Below, one piece after another: positions 1 through 14,015 of a DNA stretch of 64,000 nt. The DNA is from Octopus vulgaris. Lineage: Eukaryota. The stretch's first letter is position 1. Each line of letters opens with the position of its first letter. The DNA is taken from assembly GCA_951406725.2 (NCBI GenBank), contig OX597821.1, positions 4,154,001 through 4,218,000 on the forward strand, in the 5' to 3' direction. A program made the translations under genes and the position numbers. The notes under the pieces are model-generated. The model had not been told where the DNA came from. It did not search any database and saw only the letters and a program-made list of their open reading frames with translations.

Positions 1-125
1 GTATGTATATGTAGTACATACATGTATATCAGTATGTATGCCTACGTATATCCATTCGTCTACTGCGCGTCTATTATAATCACTGTAATATTTCAGGAGA
101 AATACATAAAGTAGTCTTTATCAGG

Positions 126-173
<48 letters not shown>

Positions 174-177
<4 letters not shown>

Positions 178-580
178 TTACTTGCTTCAGTCATTTGACT
201 GCAGCCATAAAGTTGAAGGGTTTAAATCAACGAAATTGACCTCAAGCTATATTTTTTTTAATTACTTATTCTATAGTCCTACAGGACTGTAGACTATTCT
301 ATAGTCCTGTAATTTACGGGGACGTAAACGCACCAACACTAGTTCTCAAGCAGTGATGTTGGGGATGGAAAACACAAACAAAAAGGCACCCACACACACA
401 CACAGATATATAGATATGTGTCTATACGACTGTGTTCTTTCAGTTTCCGTTTATGAAATCCACCCACAAGTCTATGGCCAGCCCAGTGTTATAATGGAAG
501 ACACTTGCTCAAATGGACAGGATCCGGTACTATGACGTTGAGAAGCTAGTTTCTTACCTCACAGCCACGCACATGCGCCT
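174..580 (-). mobile_element. tRNA-derived SINE, family A (CORE-like body, internal CA/TA microsatellite), diverged copy
   Basis: Colinear with the copies at 4876-5345 and 56376-56782; the minus strand starts AGGCGCA..GTGGCTGTG. Confidence 0.8.
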
Positions 581-1022
581 ATGCTCATGATATATATGAA
601 AATTATATATATATATATATATTATGGGCACATACCTAAATGGGAATCGAACTAGTTTCGTTGCTATGAACGAATATACATATCCGCGTGTGAGTTCGTG
701 TTGTGTGCGCGCGAACGAGAGCATGTGCGTGTATGTGTGTGTATGTGTGTTTTGTGTGTGTGTGTGTGTATATGTATGTGTGTTTACGTGAGCGCCTCTG
801 CCTATATGCGTGCGCTCGTATGTGTGTGTGTGTGTGTCTATATGCGTGTGTCGGCAGGTGGTGAACTATCGTAGGAATTTTATTATTTCTTACATTCTCC
901 ATAAGTAAAGTTTTTGATGTATTTATGTTTATCGGTTTTCCGTTTTCTTAATTAGCTTCACATACAAGGCTAAGACATATTTTTCTGTCTCCCTTTGTCT
1001 CTCTGTCTCTTTCTTTCGCTGT

Positions 1023-1050
1023 AGATAGATAGATAGATAGATAGATAGAC

Positions 1051-1138
<88 letters not shown>
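1023..1138. repeat. (AGAT)n tetranucleotide microsatellite
   Basis: Directly visible tandem array. Confidence 0.97.
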
Positions 1139-2182
1139 TAATTTCAATATGTAAGTAAAACCAAATACTAATAGTTTGATATATTTTATTACGTATGCTT
1201 CAGATCTGCATAATATGTAATAGGAAATTCTCCGTTACAGACCTTAATGAAAACATTTAAAAATATAAAACAATTGATGGAATTCTGCAATACGTATGGT
1301 CAGAGCAGTCAATCGGCGACTAAGTTAGAAGGATGATATTGTGTGTTGTATTTATATTCGTATTATCTTTTTTTTTGTATTTATATTCGTGTAACTTCGT
1401 CCGTTTTTCTGTCCTTGTTTCGCATACATTCGATCATTTTTCCAAGAAATCGAATGCTCAAAGTTTAATCTTTCCTTCGAGCTGGGCAGATGGGAGCAAT
1501 CTCAAGATTAATCAGCCGAAATTGCGAGGATGATCCGGTTCTTGACTGAAGATTAGAGGCTTCGAATGACCCGTCCGTGTTTTTTGTATCTTCTATGTGA
1601 AAGTTTTGCGTTCTTGTCCCATTTTGTTAAAGAGTATATACAGGTTTATATATACTTGTAGATATATAAATATATATGCATGCAGATATGTATTGACAAA
1701 TAATACGATATTTCTTCCTGAATCAATGTTAAATTTGATTGCTTATGGAACCTGCACTTCTCACCTGGCATACGACGCCAAGTATGCCACTACTCACCTT
1801 ACCCACGTTTAGAGACGTTATTCCACTTACTCTCCCCTCCCATCCGTCCGTCATTCACACTATTTCTTCTACCGCTTGTGTGAAGCTTATGTGTTCCTGC
1901 ATTTCTTAACAATTTGCCGTCCCATTTTCCTTTAGATAATGTAAATTGTAATTTCTCATTTATTTCTCTCTATTCCATGTTTCTCTGAAGAAGGACAATT
2001 TAACAAACGTTGGGTTTTCCACTCCTCACGGGATGTCTACTGTACAATTTTACATCATAAAACTTTCCAACACAAACACACACCTGCTTGTAGGGAATTT
2101 GCTTCACTACCTAAATACATACTGTAAACACAAACACAGACACACACACACACAGGACACATATACATTTATATGTTCTTCT

Positions 2183-2562
<380 letters not shown>

Positions 2563-3512
2563 TCAGAGTTCCACTCTCTTGGCGAGTTTTTAGCCGAGAT
2601 ATTGTTGGCGGAACGTAAAGTAATTAGATCATAAAGGCATGGCCATCATACACATCACAATTACACCAAACTGTTATATTCTGTTATTCATCAATACATT
2701 TTCATTAAAATCCTGGGCTTCTACACACAAAACATATGTCTAATATGAATATATTAATTTTAGTATATTTACTTCTCTTCATTTGTTTTTATTGGCATAT
2801 CATTTCATTTTAAATCATTTTATATATTATTATATTATCCGACTGAAATTGAAAAATTTTATTTCAGTGAACCGTTTGCTAAACTTTACTTTATTTCATT
2901 TTAATATAATATTTATTCTAATAGCTGTTATAATTTCCTCTTTAGAAATTGTAATTGCATTTCTGTAAATATTAATATGTTTATGTTATATTTCGAAAGA
3001 AGTTCCATAAAAAAAAGTATATAATTTGGAGAAAGATAACGATTTCAAAACATTTTATATAAAGTTGATAACTTCTAGTACCACTGGAACATATCAATAG
3101 ATTGAATTGGTCATCTACTGCTACAAACCATCTTCCTGAAGATTGGTTTGATATCTATGTAAATTGTGTTAAATTCTACTTTGAAAACAATATATTGGAA
3201 TAACATTGCTCTAAAGTTAAATGTTGTCAGTATTCTGACCTTTGATGACTTTTAGAAAAGAAATATTTTCGCTTTATTTACGAAATATTTTTTCTTCTTA
3301 CACAATCTGCGTTACATTCTGATACTAGTTATGATTATATATTTATACTTACTGTCTTTCATATCGATTTAACTGTGAAGATGAACACAAAGTGTGAATT
3401 TGCTTGGAGTGCCCTACCTGAGACCTGATCGGTGATGGTTAGGTGCTAGATACCATGGTATGGTAAAGTAATGAAATATTGATAATACTTTCCAATTCGG
3501 TCTGTACTTATA

Positions 3513-3557
<45 letters not shown>

Positions 3558-3627
3558 AAGTATGTATGTATATATATGTGTGTTTGTGTATGTATGTATG
3601 TATGTATGTATATATATATATATATAT

Positions 3628-3791
3628 ACTCTTTACGTCCCTTACTTATTTCAGTCATTTGAGTGTGGCCATGCTGGATCACCGCCTTTAGTCGAGAAAA
3701 TCCACTCCAGCATGGGTTGTCAAGCGATGTTGAGGGGGGGGACACAGACACAGAAACATACACATACATACATACATACATACATACATAC

Positions 3792-3856
<65 letters not shown>

Positions 3857-3940
3857 TATATATATATATACATATACACGACGGGCTTCTTTGAGGTTCT
3901 ATCTACTAAATCCACTCAGAAGGCTTTGGTCGGCCCGAGG
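3628..3940 (-). mobile_element. SINE family A, head-less and internally deleted copy
   Basis: ttcagtcatttgagtgtggccatgctgga ... aaatccactcagaaggctttggtcggcccgagg matches the family body. Confidence 0.8.
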
Positions 3941-4089
3941 TTGGCAGCTATGCGAAGGAAAATGCTAGTGTTAAGGAATGGAGTAGATAAAATCCAGGCT
4001 ACATATACTTCATAGAGAGAGGGACCTCGGAAGTTTTAATTTCCAAGCTAGGTGTATAGTGCAATCTACATACTTACACACACACATAT

Positions 4090-4203
4090 TGCAACCTGTG
4101 ACGGATCGGCGTCCCGTCAAGGTGGGAAACCTTTACGCTAATGAAACCGGGAAACCGGCCCTATGAGCCAGGCGTGTCTCGAGAAGGAACAAAAAACAAC
4201 AAA
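4090..4203 (+). mobile_element. 3' half of a SINE related to family C
   Basis: cctgtgacggatcggcgtcccgtcaagg ... gaaaccgggaaaccggccctatgagcc resembles the 3' half of 16677-16925; ends in a (caa)-type tail. Confidence 0.6.
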
Positions 4204-4574
4204 GTTAGCAAAATTTGGGTATTTTAGCCAATCAGAAGCGAGTATTTTACACATCATCGTGAAGTTCTGTTAGCATAGTGAGCAAAGAACTCTGTTTCCA
4301 TAGCAACTACGTTGTGTAACAACCACTTGTTCTCTAACTATTTGCAAAGAAGTCTGTTTCCATAGTAACCAAAGATGCTGTGCATGGGCACAAGGAGTGT
4401 ATCCACCACGTGTTCTATTCTTGTTTGTTTTCATAACAGTAGGAATTCGATTCGAGAATGGTTTATTCGTAGCTTTTAAATATTTAATTTTTTTTCGCGT
4501 ATGTTGTAATGCTGTTCACTGTTATTTCTGTTTTGACATGCCAACGTACCAAACCCCACCCCGCCCCTAAACTC

Positions 4575-4616
<42 letters not shown>

Positions 4617-4875
4617 TGGCAACTGTGACTGATGATGGAAGACGCAGCGAACGCGCTGTTTTCAGTTTTCTGAAAATCACCAAACTTTGAACACCTGTAA
4701 CATTTCCGCAAAATTCTTGTGCAGTACATGAATAACAAATTGGAATTCAGCGTCACAAATTACATTTGCATGCAACATTAAAAGAAAATTGTCATGCAGT
4801 GACTGAAATCACGAAGATCCAGGAATTCTTTAAAAAAAAATTCTGTTTTTTTTTTTTTTTTTTAATATTATAATT

Positions 4876-5111
4876 TTTATTCTTTTACTCTTTCATTCTT
4901 TTACTTGTTTCAGTCAATTGACTGCGGCCATGCAGGAGCACAGCCTTTAGTCGAGCAAATCGCCCGCAGAGCTTATTCTTTGTAAGCGTAGTGCTTATTC
5001 TATCGGTCTCTTTTTGCCGAACCGCTAAGTTGCGGGTACATAAACTCACCAGCATCGGTTGCCAAGCGATGTTGTTTCGACAAACGCAGACACACAAACA
5101 TACACCTCCCA

Positions 5112-5179
<68 letters not shown>

Positions 5180-5345
5180 TACGACGAGCTTCTTCCAGTT
5201 TCCCTCTACTAAATCCACTCACAAGGCTTTGGTCGGCCCGAGGCTATAGTAGAAAACACTTGCGCAAGGTACCACGCAGTGGGAGTGAACCCATGACCTT
5301 GTGGTTGGTAAGCAAGCTACATTCCACATAGCCATACTTGTGCCT
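4876..5345 (-). mobile_element. SINE family A, near full length
   Basis: Minus-strand head with A-box-like TGGCTATGTGG and B-box-like GGTTCACTCCC, followed by CCTTGCGCAAGTG; central (CA)n(TA)n; tail AAACAAGTAAAAGA. Confidence 0.88.
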
Positions 5346-5349
5346 ATAT

Positions 5350-6200
5350 GGTAGAAAGTCTTTTATAATATGTCGTTGCATTCATCGCTTAGATATACGT
5401 AGAAAGGAATGTTCTTAAAGCTGCAATATCCGCATATTTCCATGTTTGCTCAGCAGTTCCTAACGTAATTCTTTTTGTCGGACATTTTGTTCAACGATCC
5501 TTGCTCGTAGGGAAAGGGAACTTCAGGTTTCACCAATATAATTTTATTTGCATTTGGGCAATTCAGTATAATAGATTATGTATCTTACAGTTCATATTTT
5601 TCATGCATTTAGAAAAGTGAATCTACTTTTAACTTTTTACACAGGCACCAGTGTCCAAATATTTGAAGTCGTTATTGTTACTGCATATTCTACATTTATT
5701 CTCTTTACATTCCTTCCCGGATAATTCTGAATCATCCTCTGAGGTGAACGCTGCCCTTGTGATATGTTTCTTTTTTTTTAAACACTTTGGCTGACGTTAC
5801 TCATACTTTATCAGATTTTCCTCAAATAGGTTTATTTTTCATTGTGAGACTTTGAAAAGGATCAGTGGGTTTGCATTTAAAGTATAGATTATGGTGGTCA
5901 CTCCGGTGTCGTGTTGTTAAACGGAATAGTGGTTTTTGTTTTCCGAGGTGCCTATAGTTGTGCGATTACGATGACGAGTTTCATTTGATTTATAATGTTT
6001 TTTAATGTTAAGTGGTTTGATATTTGGGTATTGCAAGCCTAATAACCTGGTGTAGAACTCAGGATACATACGTTTCAGAACGAAGCGTTCGTCGAGTGTA
6101 GAGTGGTAATAAGAAAATCATATGACAAAAGATTATCTTGAGAAATTCATAAGCTTACAGGTATTTCCACTATGCGATACAGTGGACTTGTTGATCGCCT
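5350..6200 (-). pseudogene. Decayed Penelope-like element ORF (RT C-terminal linker and GIY-YIG endonuclease)
   Basis: The minus strand at ~5585-5525 reads YIIYYTELPKCK*NYIGET, followed by EICGYCSFKNIPFY; contains stops and frameshifts. Confidence 0.65.
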
Positions 6201-6487
6201 GGGCAAAACTTTATAGCTTCACCGAAGCCCCAGATATGAAGTGCAGTTTACTAAGGAAAATAATTACTCTTTTACCAAATCAATAGCATTTCATATTAGA
6301 GAGTCCAGTAAAGCTATTAGGTGTTACTCAGGTACACAACAATGAGACCACTGCTTCTCATAGCAGAAACAGCTGTAAGCTACTGAAGTTCATAGGATAA
6401 TCATTTATTCTTTTGTCATTTCATTTTATTACACATACACACATACGCAGATATGCACTGATTCACACTTATCATATAATCGTTATT

Positions 6488-6885
6488 ATTTTACATGTTT
6501 CAGTTATTTGACTGCGGCCATGCAGGAGAACCGCCTTTAGTCGAATCAAATCGACCCCAGGACTTATTCTTTATAAGCCTAGTACTTATTCTATCGGGCT
6601 CTTTGGCCGAACCGCTAAGTTACGGGGACCTAAACACACCAGCATCGGTTGCCAAGCGATGATGGGGAGACAAACACAGATACGCAAGACACACACACAC
6701 TCATTCATATATATAAATATACGATGTGCTTCTTTCAGTTTCCTTCTACTAAATCCACTCACAAGGCTCTGGTCGGCCCGAGGCTATAGTAGAAGACACT
6801 TGCCCAAGATGACACAAAGTGGGACTGAACCCGGAACTATGTGGTTGGTAAGCATGCTAATTACCACGCAGCCCCTCCTGCGCCT
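6488..6885 (-). mobile_element. SINE family A, near full length
   Basis: Colinear with the family; head AGGCGCAGGAGGGGCTGCGTGGTAA; B-box-like GGTTCAGTCCC. Confidence 0.88.
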
Positions 6886-8529
6886 ATGTATATAATGTAA
6901 TGCTTTCATACTCTGAGTTTATGATAAATGGAAAGTAATGTTTTTAAAAAAATGTATAATATATACGTAGGAAAATATGTATGAAACGTAATGTTATAAC
7001 ACTACTAGTCGCCACTTATGATATCTAGGGCCATTTGCCACACATAAATGTGGAACGCATTTTTGTACTTTTACTACAAGTATCACGCTCCGTGCATCAA
7101 CTGGATAATGCAGTTAGAAAATTTTGATGAACGTGTCAATAAAGCCCTCTGTAGATTTACAATCATTCTTATCCCCAAGTAAATCTTTTACCAATAAAAA
7201 TTTTAACGTCATTTGATAGATCGTAATAGTTTGGTGCTCCCTAATACACACTACCGGCTGAGATAAAACGTGTATATTTATTTATCATAAAAACAGCGTC
7301 TGAAGAAGAGTTATCCATAAGCATTCTCAAAACTTGTTATTAGTTAAAAGTTAAACTTAAAATTCAGAAAAATCATAATGTATAGAGCGAAAAAGAAATA
7401 CGTCTTACAAACCATCGGCTTTCTGATTTATTCTTCTTAACACGCATTTTAAAAACGGAAAATGAATTTACATTATTTCCTTTAGATAGTAGATCATATT
7501 GTAGGAGATACTTTTTCAATTTAATTTATGTTTCGTTTATATTTTATACGTTTTTTCGGTTTTAATTTTATACTTTTTATCTCAGTGAAAATAATGACGT
7601 TAAATATAATAGATATATATTTCATTGTTCAAAACAAGTGCTTTTTCTGATATTAAGAAAGTAAAGAATTGAATATGGTAATAAGAGAAGGAAAAAAAGA
7701 AAATTGATTGCTCTAAATGATAGCGTATAATTTAATGAAACAACTGAAATAAATTTAATATATTGTATAAACATCGTAGATTATTTTACAAGCGTGTTTG
7801 CTACAATTTTAATTTTTTCTTGATTATGATAATTCTCCACATTACATTAGTTAGGCAGCCAAATTGTAAACAAAGACGATTTTATTATGGCACAACATTT
7901 AAAGGGGTACAATAACAAAAGAAAAACAAGCGATGTATTCATAAATAAAATCAGCAATTTTAAGCAGTAATATTGTATCGATTGCATAATAAACTTAATA
8001 TTTCCTTATATAATTTTCCCAATTAAATGTTATCTCATGAACACTGAAATGTTTTTAAGAAACATAGAATTACAACAAATTTCTCAAATAAAATCAGAAG
8101 CTATAGAACTTTAAAATCGTAATTATATTCCTGTAACAACAGTAATGTGAGTAAGTTAAACATTCAGTTAGAAGCTTGTGTGTTTACCTCTTCTGGCATA
8201 TGGATCTTTACTCAAGGTACCTGTCCATCAATCGTTCACTCTATATTTGTTATGTACACCTGCACGTTTACACATGCATACACAACATATAATCAACACA
8301 CACACACGCGCGCGAACACACACATAAACAAGCACGCACACACACATGTATGGATATATAGGCGTACAGAAATAATGTTCATGTGTGTATTCGTAAGATG
8401 TGTATGAGTTTAGTTCTGAGTATCATAACACAAAAATGGAGTGAAATATAAGCAAGCGTACATGCACAAATATATATAATATACTTATGTGTGTGTATGT
8501 GTATGAATGTATGCATCTATATGTATTCG

Positions 8530-8567
<38 letters not shown>

Positions 8568-9074
8568 GTAGTAGTAACAGAAAAGAGGAATTTCGATTAT
8601 CCCCACGTGGTGAGTTGTAATGTATATAAGATATTATAAAAGGAAAATACGCACACTTACATAGTTTTAATTTGATTTTTAATATATCGACCAGTTTTGC
8701 TATCGCTGTTCATGATATTATGTTTTACTTATTTGAATATATATTTTTTTCTCTTAAGAAGAAATTTGGTCCATGTTGTATGTGATAAAATGCACGAGCG
8801 AATGACTTCACAAGTAGATAAATAAAGGGAGGTAATTGATTGTCGTTATTATTGTTATTGTTGTGGGTAAGGGAGATAACTTTTCAGCTTTTGGTAATGG
8901 GTGGGGATTACATATGTGTACAGACAGAGACAAGTTTCAAAAACCTTGTTAGGTAGGGGATTTATGTACAGTGATGTAATCGTGAATTGAAATATGTAAA
9001 AATTAACACGATTACATCACTGTACATACGTCTGTTAAACTATCAGGTGTGCCACCAGTATTAGACTTTAGGTA

Positions 9075-11063
9075 GTTGATTGTGTGCGTTTTTGTCCAGA
9101 GCCCTGATTCGCTTCTAGAAATAAAAAAAATATCGGAAGGAGAACTGATCCGGAATTGGGTTGGAGATTTTGATCCAGATAAAACTGAAATCCCTGGACA
9201 TGGTCACAGACCTTATCGAGCTGCCCATCGGAGCACCACTCCTAGCCGTGGTGGAAGGCAGAAGACCAAGGTGCTACACTTCTTGGTCTAATGCCCATTT
9301 AATGGTGTTATGTCCACAACACCTACAAAATGGAGCTCGAGAATCGTTGGCCCCGCTACCACCAACGCAAGAAGGCCAAAAGCAGGAACAACAATAAATG
9401 CAGCATCAGCCATTAAAGCAACATTTTCAGCAGCAAAATTCCACTACTACAATGTCACCAACAATTGTAATGGTGGAGGTGGAGAGAAGCAATGCCCGAC
9501 CATTCCTAAAGGCAGACGACATATATACACAATTTACTTCCGACACGGTCGATTCAGAAGCCTTATCCTGTGACGAAGGGGAACTGAATCCCACAAGAAG
9601 GACTTGTGTTGGGGAAAAGCTTAGGGGCTTCCGTTTTCAACTGGGACAAGGAAGGGTAGTGCCAGCATGCGTGGACAAGTCAGCGTTATGGTGTCGGACA
9701 CTGCTGAATGTGGAGACGGTCGGCACCATCGTAAAGGAATATGAGTCGGTTGCAGGGCTAAAATGAATGAGGACAAATCGGTTTATTTGCGGTTGGGGTT
9801 CTGGAGAGGCAGGACGATCCATCGGACGGCGTCGTCGGAAGCTGGACTAGGCTGGAGCATCTCTTATTTAAATTATTGTGGGATGGACGTGTGCCAGTGT
9901 TCAGGCGGTCAGATTGTTGCTATCATCCTCTGAGTGACGGCTTATGTATGCTGTTTCTCCTAATACGCACACGCTCTCAGGTTACACCACCTGCAACGAT
10001 TTCTGGACCGTGAGCGTGTGCGCACCGTTTGTAAGGCTCCTCTTTCCACAGCTCCCGGAAGGTGCTGCAGCCTTGGGTGAAGAAAAGACCGAGACTGTGT
10101 CCCTGGCACCTAGAATGTCGTCAGGCGCTCACAACTCTCTACCAGCCGGCCAATTTAGAGAGTATTAGTGACGTGGATAAACGACGAGGTTCTCGCGGAG
10201 TCTTTGGGTGTCGACGAGAATGGACCGGCTAGTCCGTTCCGGAGGACATTTCTGTCGTGAACTATCATGTATAATTTGCAAATGGTTTTTGGCCTGGCAG
10301 TGCTACCGGGGCGGGGGCGCAATGAGTTCGAGATAAACTCTACAGGCACGGACCCGCTGTCAAACGGACTTGTCCGAGGTACGTGCAGAGTGACGGAACC
10401 GTTCTACACACCATCGTTCAGTTTCCGGACATTGCTGACTTGTGGGATACGTTGAACAGCTGCTGCCACGTGAGGGATGGATCTGTCTCTCGGACAAGTC
10501 TGTAGAGATTATCGCTGTCAGGCAAAGCAGTTTTCCATTGCCTGATGGCTGTGGCCAAAGAGGTTGTTTGGTGAGTAAGACTGAAAGGCATAAAGATTGA
10601 TACATTCCCCTTTGGTAGAGCTCTCATCGACTTCTACAAGTTTCACTTGAAAAGGAAACAGAGATTGGAAAGGGAAATTATGTCTTTGAGTGAGTTTATT
10701 GAATGGTAGGTGAAAGTTGCGAAAATGGCAAGAATGGGTGGTATCTCTCTAAGTGCAGACCTGTGAGCTGGAGAGGACGAATTGTGGAAGACGCTTGCTC
10801 GTAGATCTTCAGGGAAATCTCGGATCGTGGGTGCGTCGATTATCCCTAGAGGCATACCTGCATCGCGAAGGCTATATCTCTCTCATCTACTTCGCCATTT
10901 TTTAATTATTTACTTTGTATGTTATGCATATGTCCCTTTCTTTAGTATATACCGTGTATACATAATTTTCTTATTTTCATTATCTCATCATTTTGTGTAA
11001 ACCGCCACACTTTATGTTTGTCTCTGTATTGTAACGCCTCCCATTTTCCCATTTTGGCGAATA
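9075..11063 (+). mobile_element. Decayed, internally deleted Tx1/L1-type LINE
   Basis: VVEGRRPRCYTSWSNAHLMVLCP is a decayed form of VVLKGRKPRCYGCGEKGHIRIDCP at 36585; ~10540-10740 reads CLMAVAKEVVW*VRLKG..FYKFHLKRK (ORF2 C-terminus-like); T-rich 3' UTR runs into (TTA)n. Confidence 0.65.
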
Positions 11064-11071
11064 ATGGAATC

Positions 11072-11081
11072 ATTATTATTA

Positions 11082-11171
<90 letters not shown>

Positions 11172-11211
11172 CTATTATTATTACTATTATTATTACTATT
11201 ATTATTATTAT

Positions 11212-11267
<56 letters not shown>

Positions 11268-11295
11268 CTAGTAGTAGTAGTAGTAGTAGTAGTAG
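11072..11295. repeat. (TTA)n followed by (TAG)n microsatellite
   Basis: Directly visible. Confidence 0.97.
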
Positions 11296-12134
11296 CTATT
11301 GTTATTGTCAGTGTCATATTTTGTATATTTACTTATTATTTTTCTTATTATTTTAGTTATTATTTAATACAAGATTTATTTTTTCCCTTTTTTATCTGAA
11401 TATTTGTGTCTTTTTCTTTAGAACAGTCATCTTTAATTTCCATCAGACGCAGCGGTTGCTGGTGGATGGGGTGGGGTTGGAGCGAAAAGCTGAAGGAAGA
11501 AGAGGAGAAAATGTATGCGTTGTGTTGCGCTCCAAGAGGTAGCATTTGAACCGTTATTAAATGTAAGGATTATGAAGATTGCAGTTCATAACTACAAGCA
11601 ATTATCGGCGGATTTACTCGCGAATATTTCCGTGTCATCCCGTTGTGATTCTAATAGCTTCATTTTACAGCTTGGCTTAGAAACCGAACAACATATAAAC
11701 AACATGCTAAATAACTAAGGCAATCACAGCGCAGCTCTCGATTCTATGGAATCTAAACTCATTTATGTGAACTTTATATTATTAAAATGTATTTTATATA
11801 ATAAGGAATAATGAATGAGAAAATGCTTTCAAAATGTATGCGGAAGAAACTCTAACATTCTCATTATCATCATCGTCGTCGTCGTCTTTGTCATCGCCCA
11901 CTTCGTCGTTGTTGCCATCTTCATCATTATCATCATTATCATCATCATCATCATCGAGGTCGTTGTTTCTCCATCGTCGTCGCTTCAAAATCACCCTTTG
12001 TTGTCGTCGTATTGGTCATCACCGTATCGTTCGCACGCGTACGTACGGCAATCGCCGCCACCACCACCTCCGCAATCAACACCGCCACCTCCATCACAGC
12101 TACAACCTCCACCGCCACCACCATAGTGGGTTAC

Positions 12135-12342
12135 ACCATGGTTCCTCTGCTTTGTGGCAGAAGTAGGATGAATGAGAGAAAGTTGTGAAAGTGTACAGCG
12201 GGGTTCACCCCCCTTCCACCGGAGTCTCGTGGAGCTTAGGTGTTTTTGCTCAATAAACACTCACAATGCCCCGGTCTGGGAATCGAAACCACGTTCTTAC
12301 GACCGCGAGTCCGCTGCCCTAACCACTGGGCCATTGCGCCTC
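12135..12342 (-). mobile_element. tRNA-derived SINE, family B
   Basis: Minus strand GAGGCGCAATGGCCCAGTGGTTAGGGCAGCGGACTCGCGGTCG...TTTCGATTCCCAGACCGGG contains A and B boxes; same head at 29548 and 58987. Confidence 0.85.
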
Positions 12343-12804
12343 TATTTGTTGTTGCTGCTGCTGTTGTTGTGTTCTAGTTTTTGGGATGAATGTTTTCGAT
12401 ATCACGTGGTGCTGGATAAGCTCTGATGTTATCTTTTACGTTTGTTTTGTTTTTGGAGTGTGCCATGAAACCTGGAGCAACGAAAGCCTAAAATAATAAA
12501 TCTAAAGTGCTGATATTGTGCCTCGGTCCTCTTAAACGTGATGGTGCTGATGACGTTGGTGGGGGAGGGCGTCATCGTTATAGTCATAATTGTCATCGTC
12601 GTTGTCATCGTTATCATCGTCGTCGCCATCGTTATCCTCGTCAACGTCGTGATCGTGGTGGTCGTCATGATGGTAGTTGAGGTGATGGTGTGGTGTTTAG
12701 TGTCGGTGTGAGTGGTTTAGTTCGTGATGGTGGTGCTGGTGCTGGTATTATTATTATTATTGTTATTATTATTATTATTAATATTATTATTATTATTATT
12801 ATTA

Positions 12805-12862
<58 letters not shown>

Positions 12863-12871
12863 TAATTTATA

Positions 12872-13085
12872 AAGCGGCGAGCTGGGAGAAATAGAACGTC
12901 GAACAAGATTCTTAGCAGCCTTTCGTGTGTCTTTCTGCACTGAGTTCAAATCTCATCGACGCTGATTTTTTCCCCTTCATCATTTCGGAGTCGACAAATT
13001 AAGTTCTAGTTGAACACTGGGGTCGATGACATCGTCTCGACCCCCACAAGAAAAATGCTGACCTTGTGGCAAAATTTGAAACCAT
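12872..13085 (+). mobile_element. tRNA-derived SINE, family D (Deu/Nin-domain-like centre)
   Basis: aagcggcgagctgggagaa ... gagttcaaatc ... ccttcatcatttcggagtcgacaaattaagttctag. Confidence 0.75.
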
Positions 13086-13431
13086 TACCACTACTATTAC
13101 TACTACTACCACTACTACTGCTACTATTACTTTTTTTGTTGTCATCATTATCTACAGCGTTATTGTTAACAGTTGTAGTCGTAGCAGTAGTTCTGGTATG
13201 TAATTATATATTTATTCATATATATATTTATGTCTGATTTGGCCAGAAGGGTACACGTTTTCAGAGAATAGTGCCATTGATTAATCGATCCACTACTTAA
13301 CAGGTACTTAGTTTCTAATTCATCGATTGGGAAGAGATGAGAAGAAGCCAATGGCATGATTTTAACGATGTAAGATGACACATTTCTCACTAAATTTCTA
13401 AAAATGCTTAATTCTGAGTTTTGTTTCAACT

Positions 13432-13584
13432 TTAATACATCAGGCACCTCGATCCTCACAAACAATTGAGAACAAGGTATTTTTCTCTTCCTCTTTGCTT
13501 TCTTTGGATATAATAGTGAAAATTACTTAGACTTGGCGTCAATATGCCCGCAACTATTTTGCATAATTAAAGATATTATGACTC

Positions 13585-13649
<65 letters not shown>

Positions 13650-13972
13650 TGGAAGGTTTGGAGATGATGTACAGGTATTATATATTAGAAAAAATGAGGT
13701 AATCAGTTCGGATGGTTCATATTTGTAGATATTTATTTATATATTACATTTTTTACATATATATCTCTATCAAATCATTCAGATCATATCATTCGGATTA
13801 TTAGCGCTTTCTCCCAATCCAGTGGGGTTTTCAAATCAAATCAATTCCTTTGTGGTGAATTTGAACATTTTATAGAGTTTCGTAGTAGTGGGGAGGAATA
13901 AGACAGTATAAGAGGGTGAGGAGGAAGTGAGACAGAGAAAACATGTGTCTATGTGTATGTGTGTGTATGTGT

Positions 13973-14015
<43 letters not shown>

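Noticed and set aside
4480-4870. Possible DNA-transposon remnants (also ~6990-7260, ~25960-26250 and ~33560-33760)
   Set aside because: No paired TIRs or convincing transposase motifs identified
4991-5331. Recurrent short ORFs such as ..LPNPLTRLWSARGYSRRHLPK.. at many loci
   Set aside because: They are translations of SINE family A copies, not a gene family
8672-8720. Minus-strand hammerhead-like string atatc-ATGAACA-gc-gata-gc-AAAA-ctgg-TC-gatat
   Set aside because: Three core positions deviate; at best a dead relic. Similar weak strings near 1545, 1985, 7300, 27730 and 34655 were also not called
12260-12342. tRNA-like sequences (also at 16677, 29548 and 58987)
   Set aside because: They are SINE heads continuing into SINE bodies; no complete cloverleaf with acceptor stem is evident
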